Below are positions 29,939 through 43,670 of a stretch of 64,000 nucleotides of DNA, in pieces (positions within the stretch are counted from its first letter, which is position 1; each line of letters starts with the position of its first letter). The position numbers were made by a program, and so were the translations under genes. Source of the stretch: Eledone cirrhosa (Eukaryota); NCBI GenBank assembly GCA_964016885.1, contig OZ024742.1:134230001-134294000 (forward strand), written 5' to 3'. The notes beneath the pieces are model-generated. The model was not told where the DNA came from, searched no databases, and saw only the letters and a program-made list of their open reading frames with translations.

Positions 29939-32900
29939 CTATTCTAAGGCGGGTACAATTCCCGAGATCCATGGATGACTTCTCTCCAGCGGTCTCTGTC
30001 CCCCATTATCGCTGCCATGTCCTGCGTCTCCAACAGACCAGTGTCTGTCCTTAGGGCATAAACATACGTTAACCTTGCTCTTCCTCTTCTAGTGTGTCCA
30101 TGTAGGGGATCCCAATGGAGCACTGAGTGCAATGTCAACTCTGGATGTCGGTGAGCATGTCCAGCTAACCTCAGTCTCCTCTGTGTCACTTTTGAGCTGA
30201 ATTTTGGGATGCTCCCATACAGCTCTGAGTTTTTCATCCTCAGTGTATACTGATTAATGTTCAGAGCCATCCTCAGCATTCACATGTAGCACCCATCCAC
30301 CATCTGAGTGAGTTTCTTGGTCAGTGTCCAAGTCTCAGACCCATACAGCAGCACAGACTCCACTACAGCAATGAAGAGGCGGATTTTCAGTTCACTACGA
30401 AGGTCCGACTTCCACACCAATCTCAAGCTGTGGCACGCCGCCCAGGCCTTGCTCTTCCTCTCAACCACATCATCTTCCGTATTTCCAATCTTTGCTCCCA
30501 AATACAGGAAGCCCTCAACCAATTCTAGCGGCTTCCCGCCTACATTAGTGATCCCCTCTGTCTTCTCAACATTCTCTACCAGATATTTTGTTTTAGTCTC
30601 ATTTTTTCTCAGCCCCACACTATCGACACAGTCTCAACCTCCCGCATCAAATCATCTGCCTCCTTCACTGTATCTGTCACCAAAACTATGTCGTCGGCAA
30701 ATTCAGCATCCGATACCTTTTTCGCCCTAACTCTCCTGCTCTGAGCCGGTGCTACAATAAAGCCAGAGTCCTGGTGTTTCTCCAGTGCAAGGCGCATAAA
30801 ATAGACCACTACGATGATAAAAAGGTAGGGAGCCAATGTATCTCCCTGGAGCACTCCAGCCAGTATATCAATGAACTCTGTCATTCTATCAGGTGTAATG
30901 ACTTAGGCTTTGGTGTTGGTGTAGAGCAGTGAAATCAGGTCCACTATCTTCTTGGGGATTCCATAAGCCTGTAAGATCTTCATCAGGCAGTAACGGTCCA
31001 CAGAATCAAAGGCCTTCCTAAAGTCAATGAACCATGACCGCAGGAAGGCACTTTGCTCTAGCTCCCTCCTCAGCATCAGGATGTGACTGGTGGTTGATCT
31101 ACCCCCTCTGAAGCCGTTCTGGTTGTCCCTGAGCTTCTTCTCCATCTCAGGCTGAGATCTGTTAAGAAAAATCCTGTTGAGGGTCTTTGCCACAAGTGAC
31201 GTCAGTGAGATCCCCCCGTAGTTGTTGGTGTTAGAGAGATCTCCCTTCTTTGGCACTGGGACGATGTTACTGATCCTCCACTGATTCGGGGCAACTCCGT
31301 ACTCCAGTGCCCCGTTACAGAACCCCAGGTTGATATCATCAAAATCAAACCTCTTCATCACCTCTGATGTCACTCCATCTTCTCCATGAGCCTTGCCCTC
31401 CTTGATGCTCTTCTTGGCTTTCTGAAGCTCCTCTCTGGGGAAGGGCTCTGTCTCAACATCCAGTTCCTCAAACAGCCGCCTGATCTCCCCAGTGCTCTGG
31501 GCTGCGGAGGGTGGCTCTCCTAGTAGGGTCCTAAAATGGTCTAGCCATTTTCTCTTCCAATCCTCGGGCCCCGTTCCCTGGATCTGACTCGAACACCTTC
31601 TCTTCCTCCCTGTAATCTCGTCGATGATCATCCAGCTCTCCTTACATCAAGATCTGTCAACCGCTCTCTCCACACTTCTAATCCTCTCTCTCAGTGCCTC
31701 GTCTCCGACTTCAGTGTAAGCGGTACAGAGCTCTTCCCTCATCACCTCCACTGTCTCCATCCTCTCCTCCATAGGATCAGCATATAATTGGTTCTTGGCA
31801 GCTTTCAGGAGTTTTCTGGCTGCACACACTTTTGGGTTTGCAGAGCTGACGTGCTTCCCTTTGTTCTTTTTCCTCGGCACCAGGGTTTCACTTGATTCCG
31901 CCACTGCATTGGTGAAGTGCCCGTATATCCTTTTCACACTCTCCTCAGTCCATCCAATCTCTCTCTCCTCTAACTCTCCACACAGAGCACTAAACCTGTT
32001 TCTCACTTCCACTGCGAACCTCTCCTGTAGCTTATCATCTTCCTTGAAAGCTCCCCAGTCATAGATTGCTCCCCGGGGCCAAGCCTTGCTCTTTCTTAAG
32101 CTCACCCGGACTTCAGTCATAACAAGCCGGTGGTCACTACCCAGTGTACTGAAATAGTTGTATGGTTCTGTGTCCAGAACACTATTCCGCCACTTTTTCC
32201 TCACCAAAATGAAATCAATCTGGGACTTGGACAGGTGCATATCTGAGATGTAGGTGAACATCTTCCCCAGATTCTTCCTAAACCTTATGTTGGTCGCCAT
32301 AAAGTTCGCCTCCAGCAGGGTGTCTCTCAGTAGTCTTCCATTTCAGTTGGTGTTGTTATGGAAGTACCAGCAAGGATCTTCACTGCCCTCCTTACTCAGA
32401 TGTGCATTGAAGTCCACCAAAACAAGCAGGATATTGTTTGCCTGAGTGGAGTTGACAGCTCTACACACCTCCTCATGGAACACTTCCGCATTCACATCAC
32501 TGACCCCCTCGTTTGGACTATAGCCTGAGATGACTGTCAGTCTTGGGTTTCCATTGAAGCTCAGCCTCAACACTCGCGGGGAGATAGGCATTATTTCCCT
32601 CACCAACAGATTGGTTTTTGCACTGAACACAAAACCCACTCCTCCTACTGCAGCATTTGTTGTGTTCTTCACTGCCGATGTATTGATGAGCTGGCTCCAC
32701 TTCCCGATCATCACACTCCTCACGGGCTCATCCTGTAGGATCCTGTGTTCTTGGATCGCAAGTATCTGTATACCACTCTCCTCAAACAGATGTCCCAACT
32801 CCTCTCTCTCCTCCAGCGTCCGGATAGTCCTCACATTCAAAGTGCCCATTTTGATGGCTCTTCTGCAGGACAAAACTGCATTCTTTATATTTGTCTCATA

Positions 32901-33230
32901 GACAGCTGATCCATCATCCACTGGCCCTCTCTGTGGCTCTAAGCCAGAAGAGTCATAACCACCAGGCTGCTCCTTGATAGTGTAATTAGGGGCTCTAACC
33001 CTAGTGTTGTTAGATCGACTCTCCATATTTCTTTTCAATGGCTGACAATACCTTACCGGTGCCACTCGAATAAGGTAGTTATTTAACCCATAAACGGAGC
33101 CCTAACAGGTACTACCACCCCGGGCCAGGACAGACCTGGGAGTCATGACAACTAAGGGGTAACTCCACATTCCCCAACTCCTGAACTCCCGAACTGGAGC
33201 CTTGCCACTGGATGTAGTTTAATGTCATAC
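29939..33230 (-). mobile_element. Full-length RTE/RTE-X clade LINE, single APE-RT ORF (33065-29944) disrupted by frameshifts and stops
   Basis: EN motifs GTLNVRT, ILAIQEHR, VDFNAHL, QIDFILV, SDHRLV. RT motifs VPVPKKGDLS, NQNGFRGGRST, FIDFRKAFDSV, GVLQGDTLAPYLF, FADDIVL, LLYGSETWT, RRLRLAGH. ~165-bp 5' UTR (33066-33230) and a short tagaa tail directly after the stop. Confidence 0.92.
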
Positions 33231-33367
33231 CCATAACATATTCGAACATAAGGAAGCGAAATATATAATCTACTATCCACACAGGCTTAAAAATGGAATG
33301 TGAATAATATGAAGCGAGGACAGAGGGTGGGTTCCACATCAGTTGTCTCCTAGTGGTATCGCATATT
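33231..33367 (+). repeat. Right copy of ~140-bp direct repeat flanking the RTE LINE
   Basis: Matches 29797-29938. Confidence 0.9.
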
Positions 33368-33439
33368 TCAACGGTTTAAAGACAATATATCTATCCCAGA
33401 GCATTCAATAACTGGGTAAGTTATTGGAAAAAACAGAGG

Positions 33440-34130
33440 AGGGAAAGAAGGAAAATAGAAGGGATAAGTGAAAAATGGAAAAAGGGGAAAAAAGAGAAAA
33501 CAGTCGAAAGAACAACAAACCGAGTAATGTGCAAGCAACTGAAGGCAAGAAAATCCAAGACCACAGCGGTAACATACTTAAGTTCGAGAGCGTGTGATCG
33601 AACGAAAACACACGACTGACCCAAGCGAGTGTAAGTGAGAAAAGGACTAGAAGGTCAGGTGAGGGAAACAATGAGGTGGCATGCAGAGAGAGGGTGAGTG
33701 AAAGTGAGAGGGAGAAAGGGAGAGGAAGAAAGAGGGGGAATAGTATATAGTAAGGAAATAGGTAGGTAGAGGGAGAGAGAAGACTGGTCACAACGAAACA
33801 TGATAAAATATATGGAGGATAGTATGGCTGTGTAGTGTGTAGTTAAGTTAGGCTTAAAAATGGAATGAGAATAAGAAAAAAGCAAGAACGAGGGGGGGGG
33901 GGCGCTCTCGAACTTAATTTCTGTTACCGCTGTGGTCTCAGATTTGTTTTCAGTTTGTTCGGTTTGTTGTTTTTTTAGCTGTTTTAGCTGTTTCCTCTTT
34001 TCTTCCCTTTTCCTCTTTTCCCTTCTACTTTCCTTCTCTCCCTCCTCATCCCCATTGTTGTTATCTTCTTATTCTCATTCCACTTTTAAGCCTAACTTAA
34101 CTAGCAACTTAACAGCCATCCTATTATCTC
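33440..34130. repeat. Imperfect foldback/inverted-repeat element
   Basis: ccacagcggtaacatacttaagttcgagagcg (~33561-33592) is the inverse of cgctctcgaacttaatttctgttaccgctgtgg (~33903-33935). ~33815-33880 is the inverse of ~34061-34128. Confidence 0.65.
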
Positions 34131-34183
34131 TCTCTCTCACTCTCCCTCTCCCTCTCTTTCTCTCTCTCTATCTCTTTCTCTCG

Positions 34184-34215
<32 letters not shown>

Positions 34216-34604
34216 GCGTATGTGTATTTGTGAGTGTGTGTTAGGCGAGTGAGAAACTACAGATACGGGAGTTAAAGCAGTTTCAAGTAGTTGATCCTGT
34301 TAAAATGATCCGTCCCGTGTGGGTTTTAAACCAGGGTTATGGCGATTGTAGTGTGCAACGTGTAAATAAAAGAAGCATTATGGATATCAATGTTGTACCA
34401 CATATATTAACGTGTCTTTGCGCATATAAACTCGCATATCTGTGGTGTCGAAGCACAGCCAAGCCCTGGCCATTAAGATTGTACCCTCAGCTCGGTGATG
34501 TTGAAACAATTGTAATAAGCCAATTCATTATTTTTATAGATGGTGCAACATTGACTTCTATCCTCGTACACACACACACACACATACACATATATATATA
34601 TATA

Positions 34605-34860
34605 TATAATAAGGAGTTGACGGACCCTGCATATCTATCAATGCCAGGACCGATTGTATCTCAGCGTACTCAATAGGCAATGTAAGATACATTCCCAGAG
34701 TTTACACGATTATTCGCTTCAATACAACACACGTAAAACGGGTGCCTATAATAGTTCCCAGACTCGAGGTTCGGCCTCACCACAATTAATGCAGCAGTAA
34801 GGTGCACTGCACCCTCCGTCTGCATATATTATGCAACAATGCATAATAGGCGTATGTGGC

Positions 34861-34865
<5 letters not shown>
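34605..34865 (-). mobile_element. Short HHR-bearing repeat (pLTR/retrozyme-like); second copy at 52180-52425
   Basis: ~80% similar by eye to 52186-52410. The minus strand keeps ggccgaAcctcgagtc-tggg, but the CTGATGA half runs into the (TA)n array. Confidence 0.6.
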
Positions 34866-34929
<64 letters not shown>

Positions 34930-35094
34930 GTGTGTGTGTGTGTATGTGTGTGTGTATATATATATATATACAGACACATATTCTTACATTTCCGTATATA
35001 GACCCACATAATTACACACACGCACATATATTTATAAATGTTATTTTTAAAGTTTTAAAAGTTGTATTTATGCACAACTATGTATCTGCGTATC

Positions 35095-35177
<83 letters not shown>

Positions 35178-35207
35178 TCTTTTACCTGTTCCAGCCATCC
35201 GGCTGAG

Positions 35208-35261
<54 letters not shown>

Positions 35262-35974
35262 CTGTACGTATGCATATGTGTACGTGTGATGGAAATAAAA
35301 ATTCATTGAAAATCTAAAACAATGTATAATTTACATTTATATACGTGAAAACTATAAATCTGAACAGTCAATCAAATTAACGTGACGAAATCAACGCAGG
35401 ATATGAAACCGTCAACTAATACATAAATTTGATTAACAAAAAAGAAAGGAATTGGGCTGAGACGAGTCTGAGAAAGAATGATAAAAAGAAATTATTAAAA
35501 GAAAGTGTATAAGAGAAATTGTTGCAATCCATCAACATGTCACATTGAATGTTATTTCAAAATATCTAACCGATGATTTAGACTCAAACTAAATATATTT
35601 TCTCCAAGCAATATTCCATTCTTTTTTTTTTTTTATCTCAACCTCTTTGTCGCACTCTTAATTTCCTCGGATTCTACCCAACATTATCGCAGTACGTAGG
35701 TTTTGTATATTTGTGTACACATACACACATACACACACACATACACACACAAACACACATACACATACACACATACACATACACACATTATCACAGATAT
35801 TCTTTAAAATATCCGAGTGAGTATATGTATGTGCCTGTGTGTTTGTACGTGTAACTGCATTTGTTATGTGTGTTTTGTAATATATATTTATATCTCTCTA
35901 CGTTCTGTATTGTAACCTTGTTTAAATGTTCGTTTGGAATAGTTTTGAAAACGTATTATATACTCAATTGTGAA

Positions 35975-36156
35975 TTGGAAGTATCGGTAGAGATTCTGAC
36001 ACAATGCTTTGACGCATTGAGTTACGGCCCTTGCCATTCTGAGTTCTAATCCCGCCGAGGTTAACTTTGCCTTTCATCCTTTCGGGGTCGATAAAATAAA
36101 GTACCAGTAATGTACAGGGTAATTGCTGGCCTTGTGCCAAATGTAGAAACAATTAT
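35975..36156 (+). mobile_element. tRNA-derived SINE copy
   Basis: Full family consensus including a gttctaatcc B-box. Confidence 0.8.
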
Positions 36157-37552
36157 GTGTATATTTGTGTGTGTGAGTTTATACATACACGACTATTTGT
36201 GCGTGTGAGTGTATGACAGTTTTTGTGTGATGTTATATATCTAAATACTGAAATTTCTCAAGGGATTACGCCTCAAATTGTTGTGATCAATAAAAATAGC
36301 TTCCAACGCCCCATTTAGTATTTTCATTAAATCTAGCAACATCTCGTAGAAGAAACGGAAACGATATATCGCTTTCCTATAAACCGCAGCGTTATTGAAA
36401 TAATAAACAAGCAAAAATCTGTCGTTTGGTACAACGGTATACGCATACAATTTTGAATATAGAGTATTTTATTTATTTCAGGGTATAGCAAGAATATTTA
36501 TTTGACGCTTTCACCAGATTTAAAACCATATTTATTTCATGCATTTTAATTTGTTCAATCGAGCGTTTCGAAGTACGTAATTTATTTCTCTATAATTTCC
36601 ACTACGTGTTATATAGATATCTAGTTGTCTGATAAAATGGTGTAACGATGTGGCTACGACAACAGGGCTCGTCAAACGAGTATCTCTGTACATTGAACCA
36701 ACTCCATCGATTTATTTCACCACATCCTCCAACTTTATTCTATGTATAATGTTGCATATCATTTTTTCCAGTTTTCAATTTGTTACCCAACAATAATATT
36801 CATCATGTAAAATTGTCTCAAATGATGTAACTGCTACACTCATACATAAATAATTATCCGCCCACTAATTAAAAAATGAATATATTGACCATATGCAAGT
36901 TTCTAAATATTAGATGGTTTTACTTTCTTAAATATGTTGATTATATGGCTATTACTTAATTTACAAGAATAATCGTTTCTCAATTAAGGGGTTGTGACAA
37001 CATCTTTTGCTCATTTGTTAAGTAAATCATCCACACAGAACCGAGTTGCATTCCCAATCCCCGCAAAAAAATGAAATTAAAACCCTAAAAAATGATTCCG
37101 ATTTAATCTCCAATATGTTAGATACTTACTTATTATTTTTTTTAACATAGACACAATATCTCTTCTAAGACGTATTTAAATAACTATTACATCATCCATT
37201 GTTTTCATTGTTAGCGTATCAGGCCTATTTAAGCCCTGCTATTATTTTATTTCTCTATATCCGCGAAAAAATATTTAAACGTTTCATCAAGAAGCATATT
37301 TTAACAATAATGTTTGTAACAGTTCCAGAACTTGAAAATGTGTATATTTGTCATTATTCAAAATGATATAAAAATTAAGCAATGCGTTCATTGTCATATA
37401 TATTAAGACTAAATGTCTTAAATGTTATAGGTATATCGCGATGACAATACCGAGCATATCAGTTTGGAATAAACAAATATAAAGGTTAAACAAACTTCAT
37501 ATTAAAATCAAAACAACAATGCACACTAGGCATATTAATTCCAGTATAAATT

Positions 37553-37720
37553 AATTGTTTCTACTTTTGGCACAAGGCCAGCAATTATCCCAGTGTATTA
37601 CTGGTACTTTATTTTATCGACCCCGTAAGAATGAAATGCAAAGTTAACATCGGTGGGATTTGAACTTAGACTGTAAAGGGCCATAACTCTTTGCTGCAAA
37701 GCATGGCGTACAACTCTCTA
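37553..37720 (-). mobile_element. tRNA-derived SINE copy with 15-bp TSD
   Basis: Reverse complement of the family. ccagtataaattaat at 37541-37555 and 37721-37735. Confidence 0.85.
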
Positions 37721-38369
37721 CCAGTATAAATTAATGCTGAGTAATTTCATTAAGTATAACATTTTGAAAATAGATTGAATTGTAGATATCACGCGAACTG
37801 TTTACAGGGTAATTTAAATATGTATATAGCTGACTAAAATGTATCGGATCAAAATGTTGTAGTATATTGACAATTTGAACGTAGAACATCAGAAGCCTTA
37901 GAGGTAAGGTACATGAAATAGTGGCGGAGCCTAGAGGCTACCTGCTACATATTATCATCGTATACTCAATAAAGTTCCGTGCCTCTGATACTATAGATTG
38001 TGATGGAGATTGGAAAGTCCACTATTCAAGTGTGGCGCAAGAATTGACTGCACTGGTGGGAGTGGGGGTACTCACAAGCCTCCGGCGTTCAGAATGTTTG
38101 GACCGATTCTGGTTCCCATTGGTACCCCAGAGACCAGCTAGTAAAATTCACACGAAAAAGAAAATCCATTGATGGTGAGAACAAGCTCAGCCAGACGGAG
38201 AAGAGTGGCAGTGCTTGGATAAGGGATAGGGCGTAAATCTAAAAACTGGTGGAGAGCGCGGAGGCCGTCATCATGAGGCATGACGAAGGCCCTGCTATAT
38301 CAAGCGTTATCCTAATATATTCCTCTTACATATACTGTACCGATTGTGTTGTTATTTCTGTTTAACTTT

Positions 38370-38435
<66 letters not shown>

Positions 38436-38777
38436 ACAAAAAAAAATGGCGTAGATATACAACACAACAGGAGGAAAAAATATAACACCACTGACGATGT
38501 TGCAGATGTGCAACGAAAGATTTATGTAAATTATGTAAACTATATATATGTGTTTGTGTCTATATTGTATCTGTATTATTTTTGACCGTCGGTCAGTCAA
38601 TGGCAACATTGAGGACCGAGCAAGTTAGATCGCAGATATAAAAGACAGCGTGAAGCGAAAACCAACCAAACAGTGAGTGTGTTCTGTTATTAATTCTGGC
38701 AATATTACGCAAATATGACCCTCCCCAAGTATAATGTATATAAATATATTTGGCAATATACCGTTTGTTTAATTATC

Positions 38778-38811
<34 letters not shown>

Positions 38812-39366
38812 AATATTTGGCAATATACCGTATGTTTAATTAAAAACATTTAGAAGACCATACGCTATCACTTTTAAAGTAGTGACTATGTCACTTACTC
38901 TGTTTCAATATATATATATATATATAAGGCAAATGGACCTAATCTCTTCGTGAAATAGTAGCATCGCCGTCTATTAACACGATGTTCGTTGGGCATATTA
39001 TACTATTGTTTCTCAGCGAATGATATCGGTAACGAAGGAGAAAGGAAAACCCACATCATTTCAGTTTTCTAATAGCTTATTTATGGACCAGGATTTAAAG
39101 AAAAACAATGGGCAATACGGTATTATTTTAAAGCAGAGATTGTGAGCCGCCCAAATAGTGAGATATTTTTAATCCGGCACGCTGAATTCTCTGATAATTA
39201 TTCAGTCAACTAAGATTACTATTACAATTCCAACACTGACCGAAATAAATGAATATACATACATATATATATACATGTGTGCATGTATGATATATATGGT
39301 TTTATATTCATGTGCATACACATATATATTTTCCATATATACATATATATAAATATAAATATATAA

Positions 39367-39407
<41 letters not shown>

Positions 39408-39998
39408 GATATATCTTCGTGCGTGTGTATGAGTGCGTGTATGGGGTTTATAAATTAAGGATATTATAATTACGCGAGAGTGCCTGTGTGTATATTAATA
39501 TATATATATACATATCCATTCTTCCGTGTTTTTCTGGTTGTCAATATACAAGGTTCTATACGGACAAAAAAGGTTACGCGTGCATAACCTAAATAAAACT
39601 AAGTGCATTTTGCGTGAGATATGGATCTATACGGAATAAACTAACGAAAAGAAAATTCATTAGAAAATTAGATTTAAAAAAATATGTAAAAATATCCTAT
39701 ATACATATGCATTATCATTTTCGAGTAAGTTCAACTGAATGGATTTTATTTCAATTACTACCGCTGTCCTTTATCCTAACATTAGGTAAAACGGGATTAT
39801 AACAAAACATGTGGTGTCAACCTGTCATTCGAAACTGCAGATATTGTAGATAACAAATAAATAAAATGTCTCAAGAGAGATATGAGGAATGGATAACGTT
39901 TTATATTCATTCATGGAATCATGTTTCTGAATGAATAATATATCATAAAAAATAATGTACATACTCTCTCTCTCTCTCTGTCTCTCTCTATATCTCTA

Positions 39999-40075
<77 letters not shown>

Positions 40076-40161
40076 ATGTGTGTGTGTGTGTGTATGCGCA
40101 CGCACACACACGTATATATACATATATGTGTGTATAGTGTGTGTATATATATATATACATA

Positions 40162-40240
<79 letters not shown>

Positions 40241-40414
40241 GGAGCGAGTGAAACATGAATAATCTGATGATTCTAGAATAAATGCGATTTCATTTACAAA
40301 TTAGAGAATTTGAAAGTACATGACAGTGACCCCCAGAAAGTATCACCGTCTTCACATACACTCTCCTAGTACTCTGCCTGTCCTCTCCCTTCATTCCTAA
40401 CAACCCCCAGATTC

Positions 40415-40463
<49 letters not shown>

Positions 40464-41032
40464 ATAGAGAAGCAAAGGGAAAGTATGGGAGAGGGCAAAG
40501 CAGAAAAGAATGTAAATGGTTGGAAGTGGCAGAATAATTGAAGACTGGAAGTGGTAGGGGAATATACAAATATGTAAAATAAAGATGGTGACCAAAACTA
40601 AATCGGCGTAAGAGAGTTTGATGTGGGCTACGTAGTTTTAAATGACATGGCTATTTGGCTGTTGTATTCGGAAAGTATAGAGATTAGGTTCCGATACGCA
40701 AATATTTGGTGTGTTTAGCAAAAAATATTATATTGGTTGGAAAGTTAAAACTAGAAAAAATGAAATATAATCCTTATCTAATTGCTTATCTATCAGAAAT
40801 GCCAAATGTGTAAGCGCATTTAGTTATATTTCGCTTGGAAGGAATTCTAGTTCTGGCAGTTGTGATCACATTCCAAGATAAGTGTGCGTTGTACTTAAAT
40901 TGTTCCCTTCAATCCAAAAAGCCTACAAACTCATACGCCTCCATAAACAAGCACACACCATTATTTAACGACCTATCTATTCATCTATCTATCTATCTCT
41001 TCCAAACAACGGCACTCATTATATATAAATAA

Positions 41033-41081
<49 letters not shown>

Positions 41082-41199
41082 AACAACTGTGGACGCTAGA
41101 AAACGTTTAAAATAGATCACGCTAAAAAAGGAAAAATTGTAATAAAAATGGGTACGGAAAGTGTACATGGTTTATATGTAAAAAGTATCTCATAACATG

Positions 41200-41900
41200 T
41201 ATAAAAATCTGATATTAACAAAACCTGCTTTCCCCGTTTGGGATCTTCAAATCATTTGTTATATAGCTTCAAATGTTTTTACGTGAAAATTCATATCTGC
41301 TGATTTTCGACCACAATGGTCCTTGCTAAATAAATCGATACTGATTTTATTGTTGTCACTTGCGGGTAAAGAAGTTTGCTAGCGTGTTGCCTCCACTTTC
41401 TTCTGTATGTTTGATTTGAAGGGTGTTTCTGGTATACGGTGTTCTGAATTTCTGGCTTTGGACTGCCATTCTTTGTTGGGGTGTCAGCCCGGCCTGTCCT
41501 ACATGATGTTCGCTGCAACCTTGACAGGTTATGACATGTATTAAGTTTTCGACGTTGCCCAAGTTGATCTGTGGCAACTATAATAACTATGTTGCAGGCC
41601 ATCTCCATATCAACATTTGTTTTCAGTATATTTTCTATGTTTATGTTTGCCGTCATTTCTTTATTGCTTATTTCTTTATTCTTATAGAATTCCTGGAATT
41701 CTATAAGAATCCAACATCAGTAATTTTTCAACAGATTTTGTCACAAACTTCAAATTTCATTAACGTTCATTTATGATATTTAGTCAACAACGCTCCATCA
41801 TGCATATAGAAAACTCATCAGAGATTGGGCTGTACCAGATTCGTTTCCAACAATGATAGAAGGATCCATATAAAAAAGCAAATTATATTGATTAATTTGA
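41200..41900 (-). mobile_element. Penelope-like element 3' fragment (GIY-YIG endonuclease) with decayed HHR-like end
   Basis: ENLIHVITCQGCSEHHVGQAGLTPQQRMAVQ (41356-41577) is a GIY-YIG-like segment (NLIY.I.C..C...YIG.T...L..R). Downstream minus strand: ttgaaga tccc-aaac-ggg gaaa (~41226-41250). Confidence 0.75.
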
Positions 41901-42516
41901 TTTTTATCTCCTCATAATTAAGGTGTCTATCATTAGTGTCGTCTCAAGTTAAACATAATGGTATGAGGGGGTCTTTAAAATCAGAGCACTTTCGTCCTGC
42001 GTTTGAGATTCTATAGAACCACTACTTTCAAGGATGTTAACAAAACGTGTTGATATTCCCAAACAAACACAATTACAAATAGCTAAATTTAAAGGACACG
42101 CATTTATGGGGAGTGTAAACTATTTTAGTGAATTTGTTACTTCAATTGAGTAATCAAAAATAATATTTGGTTAGTGGACATCACGATTTACGTTTCTTAA
42201 CTGGACTGTCGGTATTATATAATTGGAATAAAATGCATTTATGTGGAAAGAGCAGATATACTGTCTAAATGTGTTCATATCCATTGTTAACCTGTACAAT
42301 TATTGCTTTCAAGAAACGAATTTCTGAGGTACTTGAAACACTGAGGTGAGATTGTCAATGTTTAAACTACGATGGTGCAATAACAGGAGCAATTCCGTTC
42401 ATGAAACACACAATCATCTTAATATCTACTTATTATTTAATGTTCTGTTGTCATTATTTTCTCGAATCAAGGAATGTGAAATTAATTATTGCTCTATCTG
42501 ATACAAAATATTGCAA

Positions 42517-42700
42517 TAATTGTTTCTACATTTGGCACAAGGCCAGCAATTAACCCAGTGCATTAATGTTGCTTTATTTTATCGATCCCGTAAAAGTGAA
42601 AAGTAAGGTTAACCTCGGCGGGATTTGAACTCAAACCGTAAAGAGCCGTACCTCTAATCTGAAAATCATGGCGTCTGACCCTCTACTGCCAATCCACCAA
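42517..42700 (-). mobile_element. tRNA-derived SINE copy with 12-bp TSD
   Basis: Reverse-complement family consensus. tattgcaataat at 42509-42520 and 42702-42713. Confidence 0.85.
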
Positions 42701-43359
42701 TTATTGCAATAATAAAAACCGAATACATGTCTGAAGAAAATCATTGAAACAATTGCGTTTGTCATTGTTGGAAGGTCTTTGGATTTATTATTGCTGTTGA
42801 AGTTGAACTGGGTTTAAAATCAATGAAATGTATTCCATCTTGACAAAGAATTTGGGCGATATATCCACAAGTGATTGGAAACCATATTGTCAGATTGACT
42901 CAGAGAACATTTAAAATAAATTCAGTATTACTCTCAGAATCATTAACGAAATATATAAAATAATTAATTCCACAATTATGCTTCTATTTTTGTTGAAATA
43001 TATTTTATTTTTGAATTTGTTGCTTTTGTGGATGTTAATTATTTTTTGTATTACCTTGTTTGCCGCAAGTTGTTGTTGATTTTAAGATATATATAATATT
43101 TGGTTTTGTTGTTGTTTCGGCTGTCATTACCATTGCAGATATGAATGATATCGTGTGGAATAGATGTGTGTCGTTGTTGATTTATAACAGTTCTTTTTGT
43201 TGATATTGTTGATGTTACCGTGTTAAAGGAAACTGTAATTGTAGAAGTTGTGGTTGTTTGTGATAAACATGCGTACGATATTGAAGACAATCAAAATACG
43301 GATGAGAGTATGGGCATTGATCATTTTGAGGCCAATAATCATAATAGTGGAGAATGTAG

Positions 43360-43670
43360 TAGATGATGCTATTGATGATGGTGATGTCGATGTTGACGAC
43401 TACGATGACGGTGATGTCGATGATGATGATTGCGGTAGTGTTGGCGGTGCTGGCCGTAATTTTGATGAATATGATGATGATAATGACGATGATAATGATA
43501 ATGATTATGATGAAGATAACGACTACGACGACGACGATGACGATGATGATGATGATGATGATGTTAATGATGGTGATAATAATAATTATTATTATATTAA
43601 TAATATATGATGATGATGATAATGATGATGACAGTCGTGTTGCTGAAATGTGATGATGATGGTGATGCCC
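43360..43670. repeat. Degenerate (GAT)n trinucleotide repeat
   Basis: GAT/GAC/AAT runs; these explain the poly-D/M ORFs. Confidence 0.9.

Noticed and set aside
42726-42768. CTGAAGA aaatcatt GAAA caa-ttgcgt-ttg TC, intact HHR core
   Set aside because: Helix II has only two A-U pairs and helix I barely pairs; plausible by chance in AT-rich DNA.
43248-43653. Asp-rich 120-aa ORF resembling an acidic biomineralisation protein
   Set aside because: It is a (GAT)n low-complexity tract within a longer degenerate trinucleotide region, with no splice or domain evidence.
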